Origin: Squalus acanthias
Taxonomy: Eukaryota
Assembly: GCA_030390025.1 (NCBI GenBank)
Contig: CM059431.1
Coordinates: 137,270,001 to 137,334,000, forward strand
Length of the DNA stretch: 64,000 nt
Direction: 5' to 3'
The stretch's first letter is position 1. Every line of letters starts with the position of its first letter. Position numbers and translations under genes: made by a program. The notes beneath the pieces were generated by a model. That model was not told where the DNA came from. It saw nothing but the letters and a program-made list of their open reading frames with translations, and did not search any database. Shown piece by piece: positions 46,561 through 59,839 of this stretch.

Positions 46561-49079
46561 TTCTAACATAGGTAGGATGGGGAATGACAAGCATCATAAA
46601 GGAAAGCGTGCAGATGTGTTTGGAGGGAAAACAGTGGAGGGAACTTCAGTTATCAGTAGTATTGGTAAACTAGAGGGAAGCAACGGAGATTTCCAGGAAG
46701 TTGCTAAGTATCAGCGAGAGGCATCGATGAAACTTATTTGTGCGTTATAGGGGACCGAAGAACTGTTGGGAAGATAAAAACTTGGCACAGACGAGAAAAT
46801 CTGAGGATTTAGTGCAGTTTCAGCACTGGACATATTTTGGACGCTCCATTTGAGCTGAAAAGAGGGCTGGTACAGCCAGTACTGACAAGGAATGACGAAT
46901 GGTGGGCCCAGCGATGGGAACAGACAGTACATGAAGGACACAGTGATCTATGGATTCATTTGAACGAATTAAAGAAACAACATTTAAATTGCACAATCAA
47001 AGATCAAATTGAAGTGATGCAACACAATCAGTATAAAATCAGCAGCAGCTGTCTTCAATCTGGGCGCCTGACTCTAGGAGCTCTAAGCCTACAAATGGAG
47101 AGTGCGACAGGGGGCACTGACGAGCAGAATGTGAGATATTATAAAGAAGCTGTGGTTCAGCCCTTTTGATTCAGAAAGAGTAGAACAATGACCAATCAAA
47201 TATGATATACACAGAACGGTTTGAAAGAATGCTAGATGGGGAGAAACGACACTGTAGTTGTAGATAATGTAACATATAAGGTTTAATATGCATCAGTAGG
47301 GATTGGTCTAATATTTCCGAAATGTCAAACTTCATATCAAAAAGCGACACTAATAGAGCGAAAATTGAGAGGTTAACTGGAACTGTGGAGGGGGAGGAAA
47401 TGTCAGAAGTTTCAAAGTCAGTGATAATTTGAGTTAACCGTTGTTATAATGAATTGTAATTTGAATATGCGGCCAACTCGATATAACTAATTTACTCTAT
47501 CGTTCAAAGATAAAGTTACCCTCAGCTAGTCGTCACTTTGAAAAAATATGCTAATAAGGAGATTGTTTCTGACTCGCTGTAACCCGAGCAACTATCAGAG
47601 ACAAATTCGTGATATAACTGAGTGTTTTACTTACTTGTTTCTGTTGCTACATCTTGTTATTTTTTGCATGAAGTGCGCACGCGCAGACACATTGCATGGA
47701 GAAGTACCTGCCGCTGGCGGTGAGCCAGAAATAAACTGCTTCTAACAACAACTGTACCACAAGAGTTGTTTAACCAGCAAATAAACAGAAACTACATTTT
47801 CTCACGGAACTGGAGCCGGATTTTGGATATTATTAAACGTTATAACTCCAAATAAAGAGGACTCCACTGGAACAAGTCATTTGATCAATACTGCTTCAAA
47901 TAAAATAAAAACAATAAATTACAAGAACGATGTGGGTTCAAAGAAAAACAGCAAGCGAGGCAGCGACCACATATTTCATTGGTGACAGTACAGGTCTGTA
48001 CAAAGGTGGTCCGTCTCTATGGTAACTCATTGGAAAGTGATCATACACAGGGCGCGTGGTAACCAGCATGTTAATTCCCCAAACTGTGATTACTTCAGCT
48101 CCTGTCACTGTGCCTGTTTACAGAACAGGAACTGAGTATAAAAATTATTGACGATTTTCTCTGCATTAAAGAAAGGTTCATATCTTGCGGGTCAATCGCT
48201 TAACCTGTTAATAGCGAGTACAATAATTCTAATGGGAGCTGACAGAGATCACAGTCATGAGAGAAAGTCGCCTTGTACGAGGAAATCAATCTCAATTATA
48301 GCATTTCCTTTTACTACGAGGTCACTGTGAACTTCACAGTCACCCTGTATTAGCCACTTACTTTGTGGTTATTAGTCTACCTATATTCGGAAGTGACTCT
48401 ACGCGAATGTGAGTCTGCACTGGAAAGACACCCTTACTGCACAGTGTCTTGCACAGACAGCACTGAGAGTCGTTCTGCGCGCGCACATGTACACGTGCAC
48501 TCACTGCTTCAGAAAACGTCCTCCGTGCTCGTGCACAGAGGGCATCGTGAGCCAGTCATAGACGGTCTACATTACAATATTCTCCTCAAGGGTTAACGTA
48601 ACAATACACAGACTATAAGCGGCATAATGTTCACAACAAAAGCAGAACGCCAATTCTCTCACAGAACGTCATCGTCCTTTAGGGGGTTAGATGCAATTAG
48701 AATTCCGGAAAACTCGCCTGGTGTCAGAGCTGTAACTGATGCTCGCTCAATGTCCTTCGAGGAAGCGCAGACCAAAAAGACCCTCAGGGTAAGTCCCTGC
48801 AACGCTCTGGTCCACTACCCAGTGCTTAATGATCATACATGATCCCTGAGGGTGAGTTACTGAGTCTAATAGTGCCACAATCGACTCCAATCCCACCTTA
48901 GCACAAGCTCTTCCAAGAGGAACCAGCACATGGGGAACCTGCTACAATCTCCACTCCTTAACTAAATGGCGCATCGACAATATGTTATAAAACTGCCAGC
49001 TCAGTTGTATGACAGCATAAAGACTTAATTTCTCAATGTGACCGAAGTGTGTGCACATTCTGCGGCGTATAAACAGTTA

Positions 49080-52000
49080 CATATGAACATACGAAATTAG
49101 GAACAGGAGTAGGCCATTTCGCCGCTCGAGACAGTTCCTCTATTCAATTAGATCATGTCTGATTTGTGACCTAACACCACATACCCGCCTTTGCTCCGTA
49201 TCAGTTAATACCTCTGGTTAACAGAAATCTATTAATCTCAGATTTAAAATTAACAATTGACTCAGCAACAACTACCATTTGCAAAGAGTGTTCCAAACTT
49301 ATACCACACGTGGTGTGTAGAACTGTTTCCTTTCTTTTATGCCACGTCCCCTAGTCCAAGATAAACCAACCAGCTCAAATAGTTTATCTTCATATCTTGT
49401 AAATTTCGATCAAATCACCCCTTAATCTTATGATTTCTAGGGAATACAATCCTAGATTGTGCAATCTCTTCCCGTAATTTAACCCTTGCTTTCCAGGTAT
49501 CAATCTAGTAATTGTACGCTGCACTCCATCCAAGGCCAATGGGTTCTTCCTAAGAGTTGGTGCCCAGAACTGAGAAAAGTACTCAAAGAGTGGACTAACC
49601 AGAACTTTGTATGGCTGCAAAATGACTTCTAACCCCTTGTAATCTATTCCTCTGGATAGAAGGGCCAGCATTCCATTAGACTTTTTGAATATTTTTATTA
49701 CCTGTCATAAGAACATAAGAAATAGGAGCAGGAATAGACCATACACCGTTCCACACAATTATGGTTGATCTTCGACCTGAACTCCAATTTCCCACCCAAT
49801 CCCCATATTCCATAATTCCCTTAGAGTCCAAAATGTATCGATCTGAGCCTTGAATGTAGGCGACCACTCAACATACACTGCCTTAAATATTGACAACACT
49901 TTGAGTGAAGAAATTTCCCCTCATGTCAATCCGAAATAACCGACCCCTTCTCCTGAGACTATGTCCTCTAGTTTCTAGACTCGCCAGCCAGGGGAAACAG
50001 CCTCTCCGCAATTGCCCTTTCAAGCCCTCTCAGAATGTTATATGTTTCAATTAAAGCACCTCTCATTCTTCTAAACTCCAGTGTAAATATCCATTCTACT
50101 CAATCTCTCCTCATATGACAACGCTCTCAACCCAGGAATCAATCTACTGCACCTTTGTTGCACCACCTCTAAGGCAAGCATATCCTTCATGAACTGTGGA
50201 TACCCAACTGTACACAGTACTCCAGGTGTGGTCTCAACAACAGCTTGTACAATTGTAGCAAGACTATCTTGCTCTTGTACTGCAACCCCCTAGCAATAAA
50301 GGCCAACATATAATTTGCCTTCCTAATTGCGTGCTGTAAATGCATGTTAAATTGCTGTGTTCAATGTACAAGGACACCCAAATCCTTCGAAATAACAATA
50401 TTTACTATCTTCTCAGCATTTAAAATATTATGTTTATCTATGCTTCGTACCAAAGTGAATAACCTCTCATTTCTTCACATTATAGTCCATTTGTCACCTT
50501 ATTGCTCACACACTTAAACTGTCTATACTTCTTTGTGTCCTCCTCACAGCTTACTTTCCCCCCTAGCTTTGTATGGACAGCAAAGTTGGATACATTAACT
50601 CGGTCCTTTCATCTAAGTCATTAATTTAGATTGTGAATAGCTGAGGCCCAAGCATCAATCCTTTTGGCACTGCATTATTACAGCCTGCCAAACTTAAAAT
50701 GACACCTTATTCATACTCTCTATTTTCTTTCCTTTTACCAGTCCTCCAGCCATGCTAATATATTACCCCAAACCCATGAGCCCTTATATTGTGTAATAAA
50801 CTTTCATGTGGCGCCTTATGAAAATCCAAATAACCTACATCCACTCAACTCCTTTATCTACAGTGCTAGTTACATCCTCAAAAACTCTAATAGATTCGTG
50901 AAACACCATTTCCCTTTCATAAAACGATGTTGGCTCTGCCTAATCATGTTATAATTTTCTAAGTAACCTGATACGACTTCCTTAACAATGAATTCCAACA
51001 TTTTCCCGACGACTGATGTCAGGCTAACTGGCCTGTAGTTCCCTGTTTACACTCTCCCCCTATCCTGAATGACCTTGTTACAGTTGCTATCTTTCAATCC
51101 ACTAGGGCCGCTACAGAATCTAGGGAATATTGGAAGATCACAATCAATGCATCAACTATCCATGACATTTGAATGATCTATGTTCAAAGATCTCTAAGTC
51201 TCATTTGACCTCCACTGTTTATAGTTGTACGCCATTTATAAAACATTCTGATCGATCACTTTTAGGTCCAAAGTGGATGACCTCAAGATTGCCTATATTG
51301 AAATCCATTTGCACAGTTTCGGTATTCACTTAATATATTTATATCTATTTTTAATTTTATGCTTCCATCTATACTGCTCCCAATGCCACATATACTTGGG
51401 TCATCGGTAAACTTGGATATGTGTCTCTCTATCTAAGTCTTTAATGAAAACAGTGAATAGATAAGGCCCGAAAACAGATCCCCGTGGGCCGCCACTAGTC
51501 ACATTCTGACAATTGGAGTACCTGCTCATTATCCCCACACTCTTTCTTCTGCTGCTCAGCCAATTTCCCAACCAGGTCAAAAATGTTATACTCAATTCCA
51601 TGAGATTCAACTTGAGCAAACAGTCTCTTATGAGGGATTTTATCACATGTCTTCTGGAAATCCATATACATAACATCCATAGCATTCCCCTGTCCACTAC
51701 TTTAGTCACCTCTTTAGCAATTTCTATCAGGCTCGTCAGGCAGGAACTACCTTTACAAATCCGTTCTGTCTCTCTCTGGTCACCTGAAAATTTCAAGCTG
51801 TCCACTTCCTCTATCCTTAATTATAGCCTTTAGCAATTTTCCGGCTTTTGGCTAACTGGTCTATAATTCCCTGATTTCCATCTTCACCTTTCTTAAATAA
51901 CGGAGTGCCCTGCAATTTTCCAATCTGAAGGAACGGTTCCTGAATCGAGAGATCTTTGGGAGATCATAGTAAGGCATCTGCAATTTTCTCAACAATTCCA

Positions 52001-52810
52001 TTAAAACCCTTAGTTGTAAACCATTTGCTGCAGGTATATTTATCACTCTTTAGTGCCATTAATTTCTTCATTATTGTTAATTTGCTAACGTTAATTATGG
52101 TGAATCCCCATCACTGATTCAATATTTGTTTCCTTGGGATGTCCGGAATGCAATCCTCTCCCTCTACTGTAAATACTGACGCAAAGTAATTATTTAGCAA
52201 GTCCACCATTTCCTTATTTTCATTTATAACATCACAATTATCACTTTTTAAGGGGCACACAATGCTCTTAAAAAGCCATGTTGATATTATTTAATTTTTA
52301 CAAGATTTTTTTGTTGATTGTGATAAACCTTGAAAGTTTTTATATTCCATTTTTGTAGCTCTTACTGTCTGTTTTGTCACCCTTTGCTGAGATTTGTATC
52401 TCTCCCATTCGACAGGATATGTGCTTTTTTTGCATTAGGGAATGCTTTTTCTTTTATTTTTATGTTGTCCCTTAACTATTTACTCGTCCGTAGTTATTTT
52501 TGGAAGTGAATATCTTGCACCTTCGGATTATAAACTGCTCCTGTATCACAAAAAATTATTTAGTGGACACATGCCACTGATTTTCTGTCGTTTTACCCGT
52601 TAACATATTTGTCCATTTTACTGTGGACAGTCTCTGTCTCATCACGTTGAAGTCGGACATACCTAAATCTAAAATCTTAGTAGCTTTTTCTCGTTTCTCC
52701 CTTTCAAACAACACTTTGAAATTGATCATATTATCAGCCCTATTAGATAAATTCATCGTTCGACTGTAAATAAATCTGGCCCTATACTCGTTATTTAATC
52801 TAATATGGCC
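49080..52810 (-). mobile_element. Two nested degraded CR1 elements (inner copy about 49706-51160)
   Basis: Two tails (49080 and 49706) and ORF2 remnants 49390..49671, 51401..51805 and 52556..52800. Confidence 0.8.
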
Positions 52811-52812
52811 TG

Positions 52813-52945
52813 AATGGATGGATAGTTGAATGGATGGATGGATGGATGGATGGATGGATGGATGGAATGACACGTGTTTGGGTGAGACGACTGATGGTTT
52901 GATGGATGGTATGACTGTTGGATGTACGGGTGGATGGATGGATGA
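52813..52945. repeat. (GGAT)n microsatellite
   Basis: Direct reading of the sequence. Confidence 0.95.
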
Positions 52946-54494
52946 GAACTTGGGTGGGTAGCTAGAGAGATAGGTAAACTGTCAGATATCTTAAAAGTGT
53001 GAGACAGAAATATAAACAGACAGTCACACTAACAACATACCCCTTTCTCTGCTGTTGGAGGATGAGCTGTTATTACATTCTCACCTTTGACAGAAATGAG
53101 TTATTTGATTATCTTTACATTAGTTTTGATAGTTAAATTCAGTCCATGTAGATTCATGAGCTATGTCCAGTGGACTGTGCTTCTCCCATGCAGTTGGAGA
53201 CGGCGTGGAGCTTGAACCATAAACTGCAGTTCACGCTTTCCAATCTACTGGCGATAAATACATTCTCAAAAGAGGACGTGATGGCTGCGACTGTCCAATG
53301 AAATGGTTCCAGAGACTTCATGTCCACATAGACAGAGTACACATTCTGTGGCATATAAATGGTCATTAAAAGTAAAAGTTGATAATTCAATTTTATAATG
53401 TGTCACAAATGGTTTTCGCACTGGGAAAATCGCGTTCCTCGTTGCTAAAGGATCTATTGCCAATAAGAGACGGAATTTGCTTCCGAATCCAGTTCAATTG
53501 GTAAATTTTCTAACGCTTTCCTCGCAGCTACTAATTATTGGAAAGCAATTTGAACTTGTTTCAATGATAGCAAAAGCATCATGACGAATCTCTGCACGTC
53601 TTTGTGGGTTTCCACGACCATGTTTGCAAACTGGTTGAGAATATGTTGGCGTTTCTGACCAGGTGCAGTGATGCTAAAAAACACATTATAAACATAATCA
53701 CACTGAGTTTTTAATAACTTTAATGTCCAGTATTCAGTCAGAGGTAGGTAGTGTCCTTCTGGGTTGAATCCTTATATTGAGTAATCTCGGTTCGGGTTGT
53801 CATGTTTTGCAACTTTGAAATTTGTGCTCAAATCAATGCCTTCTCGGCCTTTGTTGATTCTTTAAGAGCGAGGATGGGTGAACTAATTCCTGGATGTGTC
53901 GTCACCGAAAACAATTCCCATCGGTTGGCCCTTTCACTGAAAATAAAATGCCTACCTTTGAAAAAAAAACGACTTCAGCACAAATCACTTCTCCTCAGAT
54001 AATACAGTTAGTTCACCTCCTTGTTTTCAAATCCATCCACGGCCTCGCACCTCCTATTTTACACACCTGTCCTAATATCTCCTTATGTGGCTCGGTATCA
54101 CGCTCCTGGGAAGCGCCTTGAGATGTTTAACTATGTTGAAGGCGCTGTATAAATGCACGTTGTCTTTGTTGTTGCAGAAAGTGAAGAGTCTGTTTTAGGA
54201 TTATTAACCATAACACAAAAATTAAAAGAACAGTCCCTATATAACAGAGCCTCTTGACATGGTTAGGTCTCAGCAAAGATGTGATAAAATAATAAGCCAA
54301 TTTACTGATAATCCAAAGTAAACAGTATTTTGCAGGTTTTTTTCCTAACGTTCTGAGACATCGTCGTTGGGGAATAACGGCTAGGTTTGGCATGGTTGGG
54401 TTATAAAGGACTGGAAATTTAAACACTAGGTTTTCAGTAGAGATCTTTGATTCCAATGGCCTGACGTCCTGGAAAGGCAAGAGTTGGAGCGGGA

Positions 54495-54822
54495 GAATCA
54501 CAGAATCCCCACAGTGCAGATAGAGGCCATTTCGGCCCATCGAGCCTGCACCGACACATATCCCACCCTATCCCCGTAACCACACGTATTTAATCCCCCT
54601 AACACTAAGTGTCAATTTATCATAGCCAAATCAACCTAACCCGCACATCTTTAGACTGTGGGAGGAAACCGAAGCACCCGGAGGAAACCCAACCACCCGG
54701 AGGAAACCCAAGCAGACACAGGGAGAACGTGCAAACTCCACACAGACAGTCACCCGAGGCCGGATTCGAACCCGGGTCCCTGGCGCTGTGAGGCAACAGT
54801 GCTACCTGCCACTGTGTTGCCC
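54495..54822 (-). mobile_element. V-SINE (HE1-like) with the alternative short tail
   Basis: Same head and V domain as 40075-40507, but with a different 3' end (gaatcacagaatccccacagtgcagatagaggccatttcggcccatcgag on +). Confidence 0.9.
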
Positions 54823-55818
54823 TGGATGCCCTGAATGGACGATGGGTGTTGATTTTAAAACAGGAAGGATGAAGAATGACAGTCTGAGCCTGTCAGATAT
54901 TTCAAAGTTATGGGTAATTTGAGTTAACCATTGTTTTAGTAACTTTGAAAATTGAATATGTGGCAAATTCGATAGTCCCATTTTACAGAATAGATGAAAG
55001 GCAAAATTACCCGGATGGACTTCGTTTTTTGAAAAATAGAATAAAAATATTTTTTGTGACTGGCTGTGACCCGACAACTATCAGAAAAAAAATCCTAACA
55101 TGAATGCATGTTTCACTTAATTCTTGCTGTTGTTGCATCTTATTATTTGGTGCATGAAGTGCGCACAGACATGCGCGCGCACACATTCCATTGAGAAGTA
55201 CCTGCCCCTAGTGGTGAGCCGGAAATAAACTGCTACAAACAAGAACTGCAACAAAAGTGTTGTTTAACCAAAAATATCAACAGAAGCCGCATTTTCTCAT
55301 GGAACTGGCGCCGGATTGTTGATATTGTTGATATTATTAAACATTAGAAATCAAAACAAAGAGAACGGCGCTCGAACAAGACTCTTGATCAATTCTGGCT
55401 TCATTCTTTTTTTAAACAATAAATTACAGGAAGGATGTTGGATCAATGACAAACAGTAAGTGAGACGGCGACCACGTATTTCATTGGTGACAGTTCAAGT
55501 ATTTACAAAGGAGGTCCGTCTCTATGGTAACTCATTGAAAATTGGCCAGACATCGGGAATGTGACAATCCAGCAAGTTAAATCCCCAAACTGTGATTACA
55601 TCAGCGGCTATTAATGCATCTGTGTAGCTGAGGTCGTCAGAAGCCCTCAGTCATCGGAAACGTGCAAGCTGGTGATGTATTAAATGCGGAGATTTATAAC
55701 ACATAAGGGAGCTGAGAATTGCTGAACTCTGATTCCTTCTATGTGTTGACAGCAGCGACTGCAGGACGCCGCTTTTTCATGGCTGGAGCTGAAAAACGTT
55801 AACTGCAATATCTGATCG

Positions 55819-55900
55819 GTAGTCGTGACCATGTGGTGAAGAAGATAGATTAGAAATCCATTGGGGTCTCCCCGCGTAGGTTCAAGCTCTGAAAGCTACT
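55819..55900 (+). tRNA. tRNA-Ser(AGA) pseudogene
   Basis: GTAGTCGTG..TAGAAATCCATTGGGGTCTCCCCGCG.AGGTTC matches vertebrate tRNA-Ser. Many substitutions in the D arm, T arm and acceptor stem. Confidence 0.8.
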
Positions 55901-56322
55901 GGCCTCCTCTTTCCTTTGAACAACATTCAGTGTTTGGCCTCAATCCACACGGAGCAGACGAGTGAGACATTTGGTCTGTCGGGAATATTGGAAAGATTGC
56001 TGGAGTGGTTGAGCACGGGGTAAATCAACCACACTTTAGACTCTCCCTGTCTAATTCATTTCACATCCTTTGAGTAGCAGTTTTAAACAAGGAAAATATT
56101 ACTGTACTAGAAACAGAGAATGTCCTTGATGGATCAAAGGCATAATCTATTTGTTTGGAATTGAGAAACAGGAAAGAAGCGATTACGTTACTTGATGTAT
56201 TTTATAGGCCAGCAACTAGTAGGAAGGAGATAGAGGAGCAGATTTGCAAAGAAATCACTCGGAGGTGCAAAAACTATAGACGAGTAATAACGGGAGAGTA
56301 TAACTATCCCAATTGTAAATGA

Positions 56323-56813
56323 AAATGAGAAGTCGCACAACACCAGGTTATAGTCCAACAGATTTATTTAAAATTACAAGCTTTCGGAGCTGTCGCCCCT
56401 TCCTCAGGTAGAGTAACTGTGAGAGAATCTCCCAGAATTCACAATATAAACACAGAAAAAATGCATTCAAATCTTTCCCTACATCAAAGAGACACTAAGA
56501 GCACAGCCAAGACAATGAGATGTGTCCCAGGGGGTCCAACGTGTCAAAACACCTGCTGGCTGCATATCCTCAGCAGTTGAGTTTGTTTCTTGTGTTAGTT
56601 TTTTTTTTTAAAAAGCTTGAAAGACCGGCCATGATGTCAAGTCACGTTCTGTATCGTGACATGAACCCGATATCGCGATTGAGGCCATCCTCATGAGTGC
56701 GGAACTTGGCTATCAGTTTCTGCTCGATGATTTTGCGCTGTCGTGTATCCCGAAGGCCGCCTTGGAGAATGCTTACCCGCAGATCCGAGGCTGAATGCCC
56801 CTGACTGCTGAAG
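56323..56813 (-). mobile_element. Penelope-like element 3' fragment with 9-bp TSD
   Basis: HFSSQGHSASDLRVSILQGGLRDTRQRKIIEQKLIAKFRTHEDGLNRD; TGTAAATGA at 56314-56322 and 56814-56822. Confidence 0.9.
56375..56410 (-). ncRNA. Minimal type I hammerhead ribozyme motif
   Basis: TAC CTGAGGA A GGGGC GACA GCTCC GAAA GCTT GTA. Confidence 0.8.
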
Positions 56814-58887
56814 TGTAAATGAGGCAGTGATTGGGTTAAGGGAAGAGAAGGGGGGAATCTTTGAAGTGTGTTGAGGAGAATTTTCTTCAACAGTGTGTTT
56901 CCTGCCCAGCGAGGAACGGGACAGTGCAGGATGTAGTCCTGGGGAATGAAGCGGGTCAGGCGGAGAATGCCACAGTTGGAGTGCATCTCGGGAATAGTGA
57001 TCAAAGTATCATAAACATTAAATTCGTTATTGAGAAGGACAAGGACCAATCTAGAATTTAAAAATAACTTGACTTCACGAGTGCTAATTTTAATGAATTG
57101 AGGAGGGATCTGGCCCGGGTAAATTGGAGCCAAACACTGGCAGGTAAAAATGTATTGGAGCAATTGGCGACCTTTAACGATGAGATGGTTCGGGAACAGT
57201 TAGGTACATTTCTACAAGGGTGAAAGGGAGGGCAATCAAAGCCAGAGCTCCCTGGATGATGATGGGTTTAGAAAGTAAGATGAAGCAGCGAAGGGGGCAT
57301 ATGACAGATGTCAATGTGAAAACACAAGGGAGAATAAGGCTGAATATAAAACGTGCAGAGGAGAAGTGAAAATGAAATAAGAGAGGCAAAGAGACAGTAC
57401 GAGAATAGATTGACAACTAACATTAAAGGAAATCCAAAGTTCTATAGACATATTAACAGTAAAAGGGTTGTCAGAGGAGCATTGGGGCCAAAATAGAAAA
57501 CTATCGGTGGAGGCAGAAGGACTGGCTGAGGTAATAAATGAATACTTTATTTCGGTGTTTACCAAGGAAGCGGAGTTCACCAAAGCTATGGTATGCAGTA
57601 GGCAGCTTGGATACTGGATGAGATAAAAATAGATAAAGAAGAGGTACTAGAAAGGCTGGCGGTACTTAAAGTGGACCAGTGTCCCGGTCCGGATTGGATG
57701 CATCCTAGGTTGTTGGGGGAAGTAAGGGTAGAAATTCTAGAGATGCTGCCCACAATCTTCCAATTCTCCTTAGATACAGGAGTGGTGCCAAAGCACTGGG
57801 GGATGGCAAATGTTACACCATTTTTCAAAAAATTGGACCAGGTTAAACCTGGCAATTACAGGTCAGTCAGTTTAACTGCGCTGGTGAGGAATGCTTCATA
57901 AAAATAATCCGGCAGAAAAGTAGCAGACAGTTAAACTAGCATGGACTAAGAAAGAGAAACAGCAGGGATATTTTAGGAACAAATCGTGTTTGACAAAGCT
58001 GATTCATTAATTTGAAGAGTTAACAGAGAGGGTGGGTGAGGGCAGTGCACTTTATGTTGGGTATATGGACTTCTAAAAGGCATGGCTGAGGTACTAGCTG
58101 AGTACTTTCCATCTATTTTTACCAAGGAAGAAAATACTGCCATAGTCAATAGGTGGTTATGATCTAGAATGCAGTCCCTGAAAGGATGGTGGAGGCAGAC
58201 TCAATCCTGGCTTTCAAAAGGGAATTGGATAAAGACCTGAAAGAAAAAAATGCAGGGCTGCAGGGAAAGGGCGGGGGAGTGGAACAAGCTGAAGTGCGCT
58301 TGCAGAGAGCCGGCCCGGGGTCGACGGGCCGAATGGCCTCCTTCTGTGCTTTAATGGTTACGTGATTCTATGATTCTATTCTATGAAAAGGACATATTCG
58401 ATAGACTTGGATGTACAGAAGACTAAGAGATGGTTAAAGTAGTTGACAGGGTAGAGAGAGACAAAGTATTTCCTTTGGTGGGTAGTCCACAGAAAAGGGC
58501 CATGACATTAAAATTAGAGCTAGGCCGTTCAGGGGTGATTTCAGGAAACAATTGTTCACACGCAGGTTAGTTTAAATCTGGAATTCTCTCCCTCAAATAG
58601 TTGTTGAAGCTGGGGGTCAATGAAGGCTTCAAATCTGAGATTGATATGTTTTATTTTGGGTAAGGGCATTCAGGATTACTGCACCACGGTGGGTAAATGG
58701 AGTTCAGATACAGATCAGACATGATCAAATTGAATGGCAGAACATGTTCGAGGGGCTGATTGGCCTCCTCCTACTTCTATGCACTTGATACAGCCAAGCA
58801 ATCTTAAACTGGAAAGTGTTTCCAGTTTCAATACTCGGATTTCACCCTATTCAATGTGTTTAATTTATTTTACAGGTGATTCAAAAT

Positions 58888-59839
58888 ATGAAGCTATTTT
58901 CTGGTAAAATATGTTGTTTCAACTTACGTCCAAAGAAACGTGCATTTGTTTGTGTCCCTTTTGCTGATACTTATTATACTCGGATATTTAAGCCGCAACA
59001 TTTCTGAACATTCTCATTACCCAGAGTTAAATGACGCTTCCTTCTTAATGCGACCCGACAGCAGGTGTGACGTCAGTCCCCCATTCCTGGTCCTACTCGT
59101 CACCAGTGCCCAGGACCAGTTCGAAGTTAGCTCGGCGATTCGCCAGACCTGGGGCAGGGAGCGGACAACACATGGCAAGAGGGTAGTGACCTACTTCCTG
59201 CTCGGGTGCAGCCGGGAATATCAGGAGCATCTGCTAGAGGAAGTTTGCTGCACAAAGACATCACACAGAAAGAGTTCAGCGATACTTATTACAACCTGAC
59301 CACCAAGGTGCTGATGGGCCTGGAATGGGTGAGACGATTTGGTCCGTCCGCCTCCTTTGTGATGAAAACCGATTCAGACATGTTTGTCAACGTTGATTAT
59401 CTGAGAGAGCTCTTGTCGCGAACCAGTCGCAGGAATATCTTCAACGGCTACATACAGAGCCATGCAAGACCCGTCAGGGAAAAAATCCCGTAAATGGTGC
59501 GTGAGCGAACAGGAATACCCTCTAGAATGGTATCCACCGTACTGCTCCGGCACTGGGCACGTGCTCTCGACCGATGTCGCCTGCCGAGTTTGGAACGTTT
59601 CTAAGAGCGTCCCCAAATTGAAAATCGATGACGTTTTCATCGGTCTCTGCCTGGCTGAGTTGAAGATAGAACCGGTGGAAATCCACTCGCGCAAAATATT
59701 CCAGGAATCAAAGGTCCCGTTTTCTGTTTGTGCCTTTCGGAAACTCGTGACCACTCACAAGGTTAAACCCTACGAGGTGCTAATCTACTGGAAAACACTG
59801 GCAGATGCGGCAACTGAGGCCTGCCCTGGAGATACGTGA
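58888..59839 (+). pseudogene. b3galt5: Beta-1,3-galactosyltransferase 5-like (GT31), single coding exon with three frameshifts
   Basis: Acceptor ttttacag| at 58875/58876 and ATG at 58888. TM anchor, PFLVLLVTS, AIRQTWG, DTYYNLTTKVLMG, FVMKTDSDMFVN, YPPYCSGTG and DDVFIGLCL are spread over ORFs 58940..59299, 59206..59493 and 59462..59839. Exact paralog assignment is uncertain. Confidence 0.85.

Larger units (their letters stand above)
56080..58790 (+). mobile_element. Degraded CR1 fragments
   Basis: Endonuclease, tether and RT remnants (56861..57061, 57671..57901) and tails near 58330-58385 and 58740-58780. Confidence 0.8.

Noticed and set aside
48643..48862. U3 snoRNA-like sequence on the minus strand (TCAGGGATCAT, TGAGCG, GATGA)
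   Set aside because: Only short scattered matches, with wrong box spacing and no clear terminal stem. An Infernal search would settle it.
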